IMG/VR virus record: IMGVR_UViG_3300006735_000013
Span: 64,001 to 128,000 of that record
DNA from: a virus
Reading direction: 5' to 3' (one strand)
DNA length: 64,000 nt
Shown here: piece after piece, positions 9,719 to 19,673 of the stretch
Layout: each line of letters opens with the position of its first letter
Position numbering within the stretch: the first letter of the stretch is position 1
Notes under the pieces: generated by a model
Seen by the model: the letters and a program-made list of their open reading frames with translations, nothing else
Databases searched by the model: none
What the model was told of the DNA's origin: nothing
Translations under genes and position numbers: made by a program

Positions 9719-10681
9719 TTATTCTGAAAAGGAAGTTATAATGTCATTAAACTTCTGTTCTAAATCCTGCATATTGACAGTGAGGACCCCATCCTTGATC
9801 ATCAGTTTTCTCATCTCTGTCTGGTTGTAGTGGGGCGAGAAGCCCTCAAACGTTTCATCAATCCTGGTCTTGCATTGTGGGGACATCTGAGGCGAAGAAA
9901 GTTGCATAATATTGTAATTCTCTTCTATCAAGCATTCTCCGTCTGAGACAGATCTGTAGACTTTCTGCCTGTTCTCCTCTTTCGAACATTCGTGTAAAAT
10001 GTCACTGATGAAATAGTCCCTATCTTCTGAAAGGAATGAAAACCTTTTTGCAATCGTACCTAAGCCAACGCGGGGTATGCCCGGTAGATTATCACTAGGG
10101 TCGCCGGCCATGGCCCTCGCAAGTGCAAAGTTTCTAGGGTGAATCCCGAACTTATCGATGACAGAATTCGTGTTCAGAATCTCCTTCTGAATCGGGCGGA
10201 AGAGTAAGGTCTTCTCGTCCAAGAGTTGAATAAAATCCTTGTCCGCGGAGACTATCACCTTCTGCCACTCCATGAAGGTGGATGTGGACTTGATATAGGA
10301 AATGACATCGTCGGCCTCCACTTCTGGTTCCATGAATTGGACAATTGGTGTTTGATTCAAATACTCAATAACTCTTAGCTGTTGCCACAGTCTGTTATTG
10401 TCTGTGTCCTGCGGTGTAAGTTCATCCGTCGACCAATTGACTCTCAGTGGCTTGCGGCCGGCTTTATAATTCTTGTTCATTGATCTTCGTTTGCGGGAAC
10501 CACCTTTACCATCCCAAACAACTGCAATCATATCAGGTTTGATCTCTCTCGTAATCTTGTTTAGAATGTTAATAAACGTGCGCATACCACCAATAGGGTG
10601 TCCATTGGGGTTCTTGCTAGGGTCTACGATATATCCTCTAATAAATTGATTGGATGCATCTACGATCATCAGTCTCTTCAT
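9719..10681 (-). CDS. 5'-3' exonuclease / flap endonuclease (Pol I N-terminal or T4 RNase H-like)
   Basis: LMIVDASN, VVWDG, YKAGR, EADDVI, SADKDFIQL, GDPSDNLPGIPRVG. Start re-called at MKRLMIVD with GGAG RBS. Confidence 0.92.
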   Translation of the reverse strand: MKRLMIVDASNQFIRGYIVDPSKNPNGHPIGGMRTFINILNKITREIKPDMIAVVWDGKGGSRKRRSMNKNYKAGRKPLRVNWSTDELTPQDTDNNRLWQQLRVIEYLNQTPIVQFMEPEVEADDVISYIKSTSTFMEWQKVIVSADKDFIQLLDEKTLLFRPIQKEILNTNSVIDKFGIHPRNFALARAMAGDPSDNLPGIPRVGLGTIAKRFSFLSEDRDYFISDILHECSKEENRQKVYRSVSDGECLIEENYNIMQLSSPQMSPQCKTRIDETFEGFSPHYNQTEMRKLMIKDGVLTVNMQDLEQKFNDIITSFSE

Positions 10682-10691
10682 CTTACTCTCC

Positions 10692-10722
10692 AAATAAAAA
10701 GCCCGGCTTAGAGCCGGGCTTT
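10692..10722 (-). terminator. intrinsic terminator after recA
   Basis: AAAGCCCGGCT-CTA-AGCCGGGCTTT followed by TTATTT. Confidence 0.85.
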
Positions 10723-10728
10723 GGTAGT

Positions 10729-11853
10729 TTAGGATTCCTCCGGAGTCTCCTCCGTATCATAGAAATCCTGTGCATTGCCTTCTCTATTCTTGAACTTCAT
10801 AATAACATCATCGTCCATGATTGTCAAGACACTTTCTCTGAAATCGTCCTTAGCTAACTTAGATGTCCAGGTCTTTCTCTGGAACTTTTCTTCCGAGCCA
10901 TCGTTCTTGACAAGAGTGAACCATGCTCCAGATTGTTTAAGTCGGTGCGATACTTGGATAGCATCAAACCAACTCTCCTCGTCCTGCACGCCAATAGACT
11001 CATCGCCCCAAAGAATTTTGAAGTTGCAGTGGCGGCCAGCAGTACCAAAACGAGATTTTTCAAGTTTCGCCTTGACTTCTGAGCCTATTCTGAACCCGTT
11101 ATCGTCTTGTACGAAAGAGGCCTTCGCTTTTCGTCCAGTGAGCCAAATACGCAGAGAATAAGCATAGTGCATTGCTTTTCCACCTGGAGTCACATAAGGA
11201 GTGGTCATTGCCTCAGATGGAGAGCGCGTAATATTCGTCTTTAGTTGATTGAGTACTAAGAATGTTGCCTTGTTATTGGCAATTGGTACTGTTAGCTTCG
11301 ACATACCCTTGGACAAGATCCTTGGCTTTACCGCCATCGATGATTGAGGGTTGAAATCTCCCTCAACATCTGAGATAGACGGGGTTAAAGCCAAAGAATC
11401 CCATATGAACAGCCACCTGTTCCCTGTTCCTAGCAACTCTTCAATAGTTTCCAAAACAAACTCTACTGATTCCGCTTGAACGTACATTAAGCGTTCTAGG
11501 TCGCAGCCGGCTCTCTCAAGGAAGCTTGGGTCAAGGGCCGACTCAGAATCGAAATAAACTACGTCAATACCCATTTTTTGAGCATTGCCGGCCACCTGCG
11601 CGGCCATGAAAGATTTGCCTGTTGCTTCCAGGCCGGCGATCTCTGAGATTTTGCCGACTGGAATACCTGCAAGCTTTCCCTTGCAGATAATTGAGTCCAG
11701 CCACCTGGAACCTGTTGGGATCCATTCGTTAACCTCCGTTGGGTTACTGTCTTGCAGGGAATGGGCTACCTCCCTGCCGGCCTTCTTGTTTATAATCCCT
11801 CTGATCGCGGATATATCCAAGGCTCCCTTTTTTAATTTTGTTACTTTGGGCAT
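10729..11853 (-). CDS. recA: RecA/UvsX recombinase
   Basis: IPTGS, GLEATGKS, IWDSL, LNQL, PGGKAMHY. Confidence 0.95.
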   Translation of the reverse strand: MPKVTKLKKGALDISAIRGIINKKAGREVAHSLQDSNPTEVNEWIPTGSRWLDSIICKGKLAGIPVGKISEIAGLEATGKSFMAAQVAGNAQKMGIDVVYFDSESALDPSFLERAGCDLERLMYVQAESVEFVLETIEELLGTGNRWLFIWDSLALTPSISDVEGDFNPQSSMAVKPRILSKGMSKLTVPIANNKATFLVLNQLKTNITRSPSEAMTTPYVTPGGKAMHYAYSLRIWLTGRKAKASFVQDDNGFRIGSEVKAKLEKSRFGTAGRHCNFKILWGDESIGVQDEESWFDAIQVSHRLKQSGAWFTLVKNDGSEEKFQRKTWTSKLAKDDFRESVLTIMDDDVIMKFKNREGNAQDFYDTEETPEES

Positions 11854-11860
11854 GTTTATC

Positions 11861-12622
11861 CTATGAATTTAGAAGATCGTTAAAAGCTGCCTCGACAGCG
11901 TTAGATTCTCCACTGGTGTTTGTGTTATTGTTTCCATACCTTTCAACTTCTGGCTTACCGGTGTCTGCGCTAAGAAACTGGTCAAGTACGCTTTGGACCT
12001 CCTCTGTTGTCTTTCTATCAAAGAGGTCCTCAAAATTTGGAATTGTTTCGAGCAACTCCGCACAGCGGTCGTCGCCGCCTACAGCGTCATCACAGAGTAC
12101 CGTTTTACGAGGTCGAGGTCGAATGTCAGTCCGTGGGAAACTAGCTCCGGGTAACTTACCATACATCAGCTTTAGATCGTTGCCGCTTTCGGGATCCGTA
12201 ATATCTCCATAATCTGGGTCTAGAACGATCGTTAGTAGTTTCTCGTAAGCCATCTTGCCGTACCCCCACACTCGAATCCCTTCTTGCTCTTCGCCGCGTA
12301 CTAAGACAGGGGAAAAGAATCGCTGTTTTGCAAATAGATCCTTTGCCTGTTTCTTACTTTCTTCTGTTCCTTCGTTCCAAAGCTTATTTGCGAAGTTGCA
12401 AACTGGACAATCGTCCCCGAAGTTCCTCTTTGGACAAAGAAACCCTGATGTCCCTACATTGTAGTGGAAGTGTCTCTCTTTAAAGGGATCACCGTCTGAT
12501 GTTGATACGATTCGAATGTTGCTCTCTCCGTCATCAGGGCGCCAGAATAAATTCTTCTTTCCGTCTCCCTTGCCGTTTAGTTTATCGAGTTTAGCTTTCA
12601 TTGCGTCTAAATTGAGTGCCAT
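11861..12622 (-). CDS. single-stranded DNA-binding protein (gp32-like)
   Basis: FWRP, H..C.....CPVC zinc site, VWGYGK, DITDPESGNDL, acidic tail ending AFNDLL; adjacent to recA. Confidence 0.85.
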   Translation of the reverse strand: MALNLDAMKAKLDKLNGKGDGKKNLFWRPDDGESNIRIVSTSDGDPFKERHFHYNVGTSGFLCPKRNFGDDCPVCNFANKLWNEGTEESKKQAKDLFAKQRFFSPVLVRGEEQEGIRVWGYGKMAYEKLLTIVLDPDYGDITDPESGNDLKLMYGKLPGASFPRTDIRPRPRKTVLCDDAVGGDDRCAELLETIPNFEDLFDRKTTEEVQSVLDQFLSADTGKPEVERYGNNNTNTSGESNAVEAAFNDLLNS

Positions 12623-12703
12623 GTTTAATTACCTCCTATGGTATATTGCTTTTTTGCACGTTTGGCTATAGCAGGTCGGCGAATATCCCGACCAACTGTT
12701 TAT

Positions 12704-12732
12704 ATATTATCAGGTTGTTTCTTCTGTGTCAA
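12704..12732 (-). promoter_or_regulatory. sigma70-type promoter for the ssb-recA unit
   Basis: TTGACA-17 nt-TAATAT. Confidence 0.65.
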
Positions 12733-13573
12733 CAGTTATTTGTTGAATTTTTGGCGAATAATATTCTACATAAATGTAGTCATGTTCGTATTGAGTTGGA
12801 TAGATTCCAAAATACGCTTTCTTTTCTTCGGTTATTTTAGATTTAATATTGGTGGTCAAATCTCTAAACAAGCTTCCCTGCTCTTTTAGCTTTTCTTCGT
12901 TGATACCATAATAGTATACCATTTCCACTTCCTGATTGAAAGGAAAAAATAGTGTATCTTCACAAGAAAACGTGCTACCTCCAATAGTTTTGATTCTGCA
13001 GGATTCCCTAAGTCTTGAAAATGTAGACATAATCGGTTTTGTCTTTTTGAAGGTTTCTATCATGTGAAAAGTATCACAAAATGCTTTATTTATCTGATTG
13101 TAATAGTCGAAAACGTTGGTCTCCCCTAACAAATCTTCTATAACCTTATTTGAGACAAGCGTGATGTCCTCAAACAAGCCTGACCTGGCGTATTCTTGCA
13201 ATATGTTTCTGGTGGCTTTTTCCTGTAAGGTTTGCTCTGTTGATAGGAACTCAACTTCAGGATAGAAATATATTATCTTTATTTTTACCTGTTTTTTGTG
13301 CAGAGATTCTAGTATTTTTAGAGAGAGTGCAGAAGTCTTAGATGCTCCGCAGACAAAAAATATCACCTCGTCTTTAATTTTCTTCAAGAAGGGAATTTTG
13401 CTAACTACTCTCAAGTCTTCATATTCTTCTGCTGTTTCAAACTCCGGTACGGTGTATGTGCTCTTAGATTTGACCGGGTTATTATTGATCTTATATATAT
13501 TGTATATTTTGTGTGCGGCCAAGGGATCCACAATAGATGAGGCCGCATTTCCAATTGCTAAAATGTTTCTCAA
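12710..13573 (-). CDS. divergent tubulin/FtsZ-family protein
   Basis: ILAIGNAASSI (T1 loop), FFVCGASKTS at the GGGTG(T/S)G position, IYFYP...E, ITLVSN and YYNQIN align with FtsZ VVTKP..E, LITIPN and FGAAN. Confidence 0.6.
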   Translation of the reverse strand: MRNILAIGNAASSIVDPLAAHKIYNIYKINNNPVKSKSTYTVPEFETAEEYEDLRVVSKIPFLKKIKDEVIFFVCGASKTSALSLKILESLHKKQVKIKIIYFYPEVEFLSTEQTLQEKATRNILQEYARSGLFEDITLVSNKVIEDLLGETNVFDYYNQINKAFCDTFHMIETFKKTKPIMSTFSRLRESCRIKTIGGSTFSCEDTLFFPFNQEVEMVYYYGINEEKLKEQGSLFRDLTTNIKSKITEEKKAYFGIYPTQYEHDYIYVEYYSPKIQQITVDTEETT

Positions 13574-14709
13574 GTTTCGATTTTCCTCAGATTTCCAAAG
13601 TCTTTCCCAATGCTTACAGTAGACAGAAACTTGCCAAACATGTTTGTTTCAAACGTGTCTTTGATCGATCTGACTAGGCCGCTGTCTTCTTTGGCAAAAT
13701 CAAGTACTACAGAATCATGCATAGTGAAAGCCACATAGCTTCTCTTGTTCTTCAAAAGCTTCATAATTTCATATGACCTATCAAGTACTATATCACTAGT
13801 AGTTGACTGAAGCAAGTAATTTAAAGCCCTTCTCTCATCTACCGGTAATCTCCTACCAAAGGGAGTAGCAATGCAGCCAGCATTGTAGTGCTCTAAGTAG
13901 GCTTTTTTATTATAGAATTTTTCATATTCTTTATTTTCTGACTTTGGGTTATAAAGCCAGGCGAAGAATTTCTCTTTTGCTTCTGCCCTGGTTACCCATG
14001 GGGCCATACTTTTCATATTCCACTCATGGATATCCACTTCGGGCTGAGGTGCACCAGAGAAAGCCAGCAAAGTTCTTATCTCTGCTCCATTGACGTCAAG
14101 CTCAAGGAAAAGGTCATTTTTTGGCTGTATTTTGTTTCTTTCTTCTTTACTTATACTCAATATGGGAAAGGAGTGTTTAGCTGTAGCCAAACGGCCAGTT
14201 GCGCTAGAGAATATATCATATGCCACCCTCTCCTCCGTACCGGCAGAAGTTATAGTCTTTTTTGAGATCTCCGTTGTAACAACATGTATTTTATGTAAAA
14301 TATCATAATCCTCTGGCTTTTGTACCATCAGCTGAACCCTAGACATCGCTTCGTCCCTGGCTGAAAACCACTTATATAATAGATGGTCGGGAAGTATATC
14401 AAAGAAACAGAGTTCTGAAAAGTCTATCTTAGCCGTTGTTGATGCGTCTTTCTGTGCTTTTATCAATTGCTCAAGTGACCTGTATGATCCGGGATCCGAA
14501 GAGTATTCGGACAAACATACACCTTTCGCAAAGATTTTTAAAAATCTATAGGCCTCATCTTCTCCAAGGATGTGTGAATAATTCCAAGAAGTATTTGATT
14601 TTAGTAGTATTTCCGGGTGGCGTTCGAAATAAAATGTGTCTTTGTAAAAGACACCTAGGCAGTTATCTTCGATTTCTAAAGGTTGTATTATTGCTTCTTT
14701 CTCTCTCAT
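13570..14709 (-). CDS. compact family A DNA polymerase-like protein
   Basis: ATGRL, motif A LELDVNGAEIR, motif B RAEAKEKFFAWLY, TPFGRR, ALNYLLQSTTSD, motif C MHDS. Confidence 0.8.
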   Translation of the reverse strand: MREKEAIIQPLEIEDNCLGVFYKDTFYFERHPEILLKSNTSWNYSHILGEDEAYRFLKIFAKGVCLSEYSSDPGSYRSLEQLIKAQKDASTTAKIDFSELCFFDILPDHLLYKWFSARDEAMSRVQLMVQKPEDYDILHKIHVVTTEISKKTITSAGTEERVAYDIFSSATGRLATAKHSFPILSISKEERNKIQPKNDLFLELDVNGAEIRTLLAFSGAPQPEVDIHEWNMKSMAPWVTRAEAKEKFFAWLYNPKSENKEYEKFYNKKAYLEHYNAGCIATPFGRRLPVDERRALNYLLQSTTSDIVLDRSYEIMKLLKNKRSYVAFTMHDSVVLDFAKEDSGLVRSIKDTFETNMFGKFLSTVSIGKDFGNLRKIET

Positions 14710-15832
14710 ATTTTACTCTTATGTAATTGGCACATATGGCGCCGATGCGCTCAATAGCAGATTGTAATCCGTAAAGTTTATTTGTCATCATAACAGACTC
14801 TCTATGAAAAGTCAAGTCGTTTTCATTATAAACTCCAATTTCATACATCCTAACCTCTAAAAGTAATTCGAGCCACTCTTCAGATGATAGGAAATCAACA
14901 TCGGGGCGAATCACAACATTTCTCTCTGTTTTGTTTGTCAGCGGATTATATTTGGTTTCCACGTAAAAAGGGACATTGCTTTTTATCTCATTGTAGACCT
15001 TTATCATAAAATCTTGCAGGTCATAAAGGTCGTCTCTATGTGATTTTAGGCGATAAATCGAATCCATTATTTCGCTCGCTGAGTCTAGCTTTGTACTCCC
15101 TCTCTTGATTCTCTCCTTCATTGTTGCATGTTGCAAATTGGCATAAAGTCTCCAGGGACTGTACTTATCTACATAGAATCCAAAATTCTTTGCAAATTGC
15201 GAATAACACTCAAAATCTTCACTTTGTATAATCTGCCCTTTCGAAAGATCTTGGTTATAATCTAATTCAGCCAATTCAACGGCAAGGCCGGAAGTTTTTG
15301 GTGTATTCTTGTTTGACAGTATGAATCCGCTCCTAGTGATAGGAAACTTATGTAAATTTTTTCGAAGGAGTGACTTTATAGCTGTCAAGAAACAGTTGTA
15401 ATCATTTATGGTTTTATCATCTTGTAATATCGTAGAGTATTTTACGCCGGTGAAAACCATATATCTCGAATAAACATCCTCCAATGAGATATATCCTGAA
15501 ACTGGTATTATCTCTCCCAGAAATTTTGGCGTGCGCCTGTTAGTGCTTGAGACTTGATTTAAATAAGCCTCTCGAAAGTCCTTGAACGCCTCTGTTACAA
15601 ATTTTATATTTTCGACGCTTGAAGCCATTGGTGAATAATTTTGCAAGATAAGAGAGTTAGGAACTAAATAAACCGGTTCATAGTTATCGTTTATTAAACC
15701 ATAGGATATCTTATCATATATAACATCTATCATTCCAGGAAAATCTACATAATTTCTATATTTCTCTCTTTCGGCAAACTCCAAATGGAGATCTCCGGTA
15801 GATCCGCCAAAAAAGCTAATCCTTCTTGTCAT
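14663..15832 (-). CDS. hypothetical protein (389 aa)
   Basis: Long ORF coupled by an ATGA overlap to the upstream baseplate gene. Confidence 0.7.
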   Translation of the reverse strand: MTRRISFFGGSTGDLHLEFAEREKYRNYVDFPGMIDVIYDKISYGLINDNYEPVYLVPNSLILQNYSPMASSVENIKFVTEAFKDFREAYLNQVSSTNRRTPKFLGEIIPVSGYISLEDVYSRYMVFTGVKYSTILQDDKTINDYNCFLTAIKSLLRKNLHKFPITRSGFILSNKNTPKTSGLAVELAELDYNQDLSKGQIIQSEDFECYSQFAKNFGFYVDKYSPWRLYANLQHATMKERIKRGSTKLDSASEIMDSIYRLKSHRDDLYDLQDFMIKVYNEIKSNVPFYVETKYNPLTNKTERNVVIRPDVDFLSSEEWLELLLEVRMYEIGVYNENDLTFHRESVMMTNKLYGLQSAIERIGAICANYIRVKYERERSNNTTFRNRR

Positions 15833-18606
15833 GTTCCGCCGCTCCTGTATTTGCTGTGGCCTTCCGAAACTACTAGTTTTACAGACTCCTCTACACCCCT
15901 TGCAGCATCAATTTCGATCACATACCCAGTTACAAGGCTGTATCTTACGGCACCAGTAGTCGTGTTCACCTTCTTGTCTAGAACTCCTGGAATTTTATTA
16001 GTAATTTTGTTTCTATGTAGTATGTAATCGTTTGATATTGCGCGTGCGAGTGGTGCATCGGTGACTCTCTTGCCTTGGCCTGGTGTCCTAAGAGCCTGTA
16101 TTTTTGTCTCTACTGCGATCTCTGATCCCTGTGGTGATACGACATCTTTCGGTGTGGGAAACGACTTCGAATCGTTACTGGCTTGAGTTTGCCCTATGTT
16201 GTCAAGCTTTCTTGTTACCTTCTGCTCCTGCGTTGTTTCTTTTTCTATTTCCGCATGAGAACCAAAAGAGCAGCCAAGGGTTGTAGACATAGCTCCGTTG
16301 GAGTAAGCAGTCGAAACACTGATAACAGTATAGTAACCTCCTAAGCCAAGTTTGTAGGCTGGAGAGATTGGGTCTCTTGGATTTCCAAAGCCTATATTAC
16401 TGGGGTCTATAAAAATCTGGCTGCCTGGCATGAACAGGTTGTTTCCAAACATTTCGATGTCAGCTTTGTAGGGCATTTTTAATTCGTCGTACTGGCCAAC
16501 CTGATTAGTCATGAGCTGCTCTTGTGCGTACGGTACATCAAATCGGCTAAATGATATATTCTTTATCAGACCTCTGTTCTTGCCTACCTGAAAATGATAT
16601 ATCCCATTTTTAGAGTCTTCGTCTAGATCTCCCTTTTTATCTGATGTTAGATTCTTCTCCACGGCTTGGTAGATGACAAAGTAATCAGATGCATCATCAA
16701 TCTTGATTGGTCGCGAGCTGGTGTTGATTCCTGCTACATCTTTTGAAGGCTCTAGATCTGAATTTTTTCTTATGTCTGACCTTATTTTAGGGCCGGAAAA
16801 AGTGACAGAAGTAAGAGATGGTATCTCATCTATTATTGCTGGTGCGATGCCGGTCTGTGACCAAGTTGTGCCGAACGCCATTGGCAACAGAGAGTGGACA
16901 CAATCGTTCAAAAAAGAAGGTATCGTATATGTATTTCTATAGGAGTTTGCTATTTTCAAATACATAAAAGTTTGATACGCCTCCAAAGAAATTGGTATGT
17001 CTGCTAAGTTGACTTCTTTCACTTCGACTGGGTCGTTTTCTCTTTCTGAGCCATTTTTAACATATTTATACCTAATTTTTGGCAGCAAAACCTTAAAATT
17101 GGACAGTTTCTGCTTGGCGCCCTCAAGGACTCTTACAATCTTTGCTTTCTCTTTTGCTTTCTTAGAGCCAATCTTCAAAATATATTGTTTGTCTAGGCGG
17201 GTTATCTTTCCTTGGCGAATCATCTCGTCTAACATTGCAGACGTACTGTTATTTACAAGATTTATGGTTAAATCTAGATTTCTCTTGGTCTTTTCAAAAA
17301 AAGCCTGTATCAAGTCACCGAAAAGAATATAGTGTACGGTCCGAGTTGAGACGTCTAGCCTATTTATCCTTTCAAACAATTGCTCACCAGGGGTACTAGA
17401 TTCTATCTTTTCTTGAGGTGGCTTCTTTGCAGGTGGCGTACCGGAAAGAATTTTGTCAGTCGCTGCAATGGCGCGGGCGCCGGCCTCTTTGATTGCAGAA
17501 TTTCTCTGCTTCTCACTCAGGCCAAGCGCATTGTACTCTGATATGGTTGCTGGATCTGTGACCTTTTCAAAAATCCTATTTTTTTCTTCTAGGATTTCCA
17601 TTATTTCTCTTATTTGGGATAGTTTCTGCGTCTGATCCTCATACCCGGTGCCGGGTTTCTGTTTTTTGCCGTTTATCTTACTTAGATCTTCACCACCCTC
17701 CTCAAGTAACTGTCTCATGTCTGCCCTCTTGAGAATGTTGACTGGTGAATCTGTCGCGCTGAAGACCTTATCACTCAAAGCATTATCTATTCTTGCAGTA
17801 TATTTTATAGAAATTGTCGCGGTCCCGTCCTGTTCCACGTTTATTTGATGGTGGACAACATTCATCCTGAGTGTGATATTTGCTTCTTTTATTTCTTCTA
17901 TTTCCTCTTCTAAGAGAAAATTCGTGTTCATGCCAGTATACCCTAGGGTAGCGACGACCTCAATAGGTCTGGAGAGATCACCAGGAGTGATAGTGCCCGA
18001 ACCTTTAGATGAGCTGTTTGAACCCTTTGCTATCGATATAGTGAACATATCTGCCAGAGGAGCAAAGCCTACCCTAGTGTCAAATATGTTTGCCAAATTG
18101 TCGACAAAAATTGTCAAGTCGGCCGTCAGGTACCTAGGTGCGGTAAATGGATCAGTTCCTTGATAGTTTACAGTGAAATTCCTAACACCTGATGCTTTTA
18201 AGCGGCTATGGCCTGTGGGTGTTGCTGCCTCATCTGCTAAGGCACTAACAGGAAAAAAGAACGGTGTCAAAAGGTCTTCTGTTGTCTTCGCCCCTGTTCT
18301 GCTGTCAATTTTGTAGAATCTTAATTCAGGCACCAAGGAGCTGATCTTGTGTGTCTCAAGGTTAAAGAAGTGAGCCTTTATTAGCTTCTTACCTGTGGAA
18401 TCTCTGGCGCTGTACAGCTTGGACATAACATCTTGTGGCTTATAGGCGCCACTAAGACGGTGCACCGAGGCATTATCAGGCTGGCCTGGCTGTAGTTTAC
18501 TTTTGGACTCCGCTTTGCTATCTTGAAGTTTATCAAAACTAAGTAAATACATCAAATAGGCTTGCGGGTGAAACGAATTTAGCTTTGCCTCATTCTCTAC
18601 TGACAT
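15829..18606 (-). CDS. baseplate hub-like protein (gp27/late control D-like)
   Basis: C-terminal GLIKNISFS...PYKADIEMFGNNLFMPGSQIFID...GGYYTVISVS pattern; position after the TMP, tube-initiator and LysM genes. Confidence 0.55.
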   Translation of the reverse strand: MSVENEAKLNSFHPQAYLMYLLSFDKLQDSKAESKSKLQPGQPDNASVHRLSGAYKPQDVMSKLYSARDSTGKKLIKAHFFNLETHKISSLVPELRFYKIDSRTGAKTTEDLLTPFFFPVSALADEAATPTGHSRLKASGVRNFTVNYQGTDPFTAPRYLTADLTIFVDNLANIFDTRVGFAPLADMFTISIAKGSNSSSKGSGTITPGDLSRPIEVVATLGYTGMNTNFLLEEEIEEIKEANITLRMNVVHHQINVEQDGTATISIKYTARIDNALSDKVFSATDSPVNILKRADMRQLLEEGGEDLSKINGKKQKPGTGYEDQTQKLSQIREIMEILEEKNRIFEKVTDPATISEYNALGLSEKQRNSAIKEAGARAIAATDKILSGTPPAKKPPQEKIESSTPGEQLFERINRLDVSTRTVHYILFGDLIQAFFEKTKRNLDLTINLVNNSTSAMLDEMIRQGKITRLDKQYILKIGSKKAKEKAKIVRVLEGAKQKLSNFKVLLPKIRYKYVKNGSERENDPVEVKEVNLADIPISLEAYQTFMYLKIANSYRNTYTIPSFLNDCVHSLLPMAFGTTWSQTGIAPAIIDEIPSLTSVTFSGPKIRSDIRKNSDLEPSKDVAGINTSSRPIKIDDASDYFVIYQAVEKNLTSDKKGDLDEDSKNGIYHFQVGKNRGLIKNISFSRFDVPYAQEQLMTNQVGQYDELKMPYKADIEMFGNNLFMPGSQIFIDPSNIGFGNPRDPISPAYKLGLGGYYTVISVSTAYSNGAMSTTLGCSFGSHAEIEKETTQEQKVTRKLDNIGQTQASNDSKSFPTPKDVVSPQGSEIAVETKIQALRTPGQGKRVTDAPLARAISNDYILHRNKITNKIPGVLDKKVNTTTGAVRYSLVTGYVIEIDAARGVEESVKLVVSEGHSKYRSGGT

Positions 18607-18611
18607 TTCTT

Positions 18612-18959
18612 CTATCTCTCTTCCTTGTTTGCAAGCCTTATAGCCAAATCTAAATCTTTCGGTATGTAAATAGAATCACCTATCTTGAAATGCGCGTCAG
18701 TTGGCTTATTGTTATACCAGGCAATAACCCACCAATAGCTGGTGCTGCCATAGTGCTTAAAGGCGAATTTGTACATCTTGTCGCCCATTTTAAATATCTC
18801 TTTGTAGTGATCAAGCGTAACCAGTTCGTCTTCACTTGGTATGCCCGGTGGCATCCTAGATAGTACCTCTACTGTTTCAACATATTTTCTGTCGTGTATG
18901 TTTTCTCTTAGTGCCTTAGTCACATCGAAAGCTGTTCTATAAAGGTTTCTATTTGGCAT
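18612..18959 (-). CDS. LysM-like baseplate wedge protein (gp53/tail X-like)
   Basis: GDKMYKFAFKHYGSTSYWWVIAWYN...IGDSIYIP. Confidence 0.8.
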   Translation of the reverse strand: MPNRNLYRTAFDVTKALRENIHDRKYVETVEVLSRMPPGIPSEDELVTLDHYKEIFKMGDKMYKFAFKHYGSTSYWWVIAWYNNKPTDAHFKIGDSIYIPKDLDLAIRLANKEER

Positions 18960-18968
18960 CTTGACCTC

Positions 18969-19658
18969 CTAACCTAAAGTCCTATCGTTGTTTGCAGACT
19001 CAAGCGAGCTATTGCCTTCGGAAGATTCTGCAGATACAGTACCGCCTATAGGCTTCTTGCTGTTATACGGAAAAGTATCAGTTATGAAACTATTTGTCGC
19101 TCCAATCTCCCACCCTAAAGGTGATTCGTGCTGAGGGTTAAATCTAAAGTCTATGGCGAACTCTTTTGGAAATATCTCTCCTGATTGGGCAACAAAAAAG
19201 CCGGGTTCAAAATCAGGGGCGAAATTGACGCCCTCGATGCAACCAAGAAGCTGGCCCATACCGTCTGCACTTTGGATAAAGTTTACAAAACTTAGCCTTA
19301 AAAGCGGTGGCGCCTTTATAGTACGGCCGACACTACCGCCTGAACCATCTAACGGTGCGCTATAGGCTGGGTATACCATTTTTGTCAATAGTGAAAACTT
19401 TTCCATATTTTGTTGTGCAGAATTCATGTCGGGCGATAGAACAGTAAAAGCTATATTTATTGTTCTGGAGGTGCCTTGGTATGGTTTCACCGGGTCGTTT
19501 CTTCCAAAGATGTTCTCACTACCCCAGGAAACACTGTAGTTATCCTCAAACCTTGTTACGAATCCAGGAAATTCCACCTTGTTGCCCGTTGCGACATGGT
19601 GTATCTTGACCATCTGATTTTTGGATTTTGCAATGTCGTTAAAATTAGTAAAACTCAT
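18969..19658 (-). CDS. tail-tube initiator / baseplate protein (gp48/gp54, CIS-tube-like)
   Basis: FEDNYSVSW...GRNDPV..YQGTSRTINIAF, PPLLRL; immediately downstream of the TMP. Confidence 0.65.
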   Translation of the reverse strand: MSFTNFNDIAKSKNQMVKIHHVATGNKVEFPGFVTRFEDNYSVSWGSENIFGRNDPVKPYQGTSRTINIAFTVLSPDMNSAQQNMEKFSLLTKMVYPAYSAPLDGSGGSVGRTIKAPPLLRLSFVNFIQSADGMGQLLGCIEGVNFAPDFEPGFFVAQSGEIFPKEFAIDFRFNPQHESPLGWEIGATNSFITDTFPYNSKKPIGGTVSAESSEGNSSLESANNDRTLG

Positions 19659-19673
19659 GAATTCGTTCTCCTA

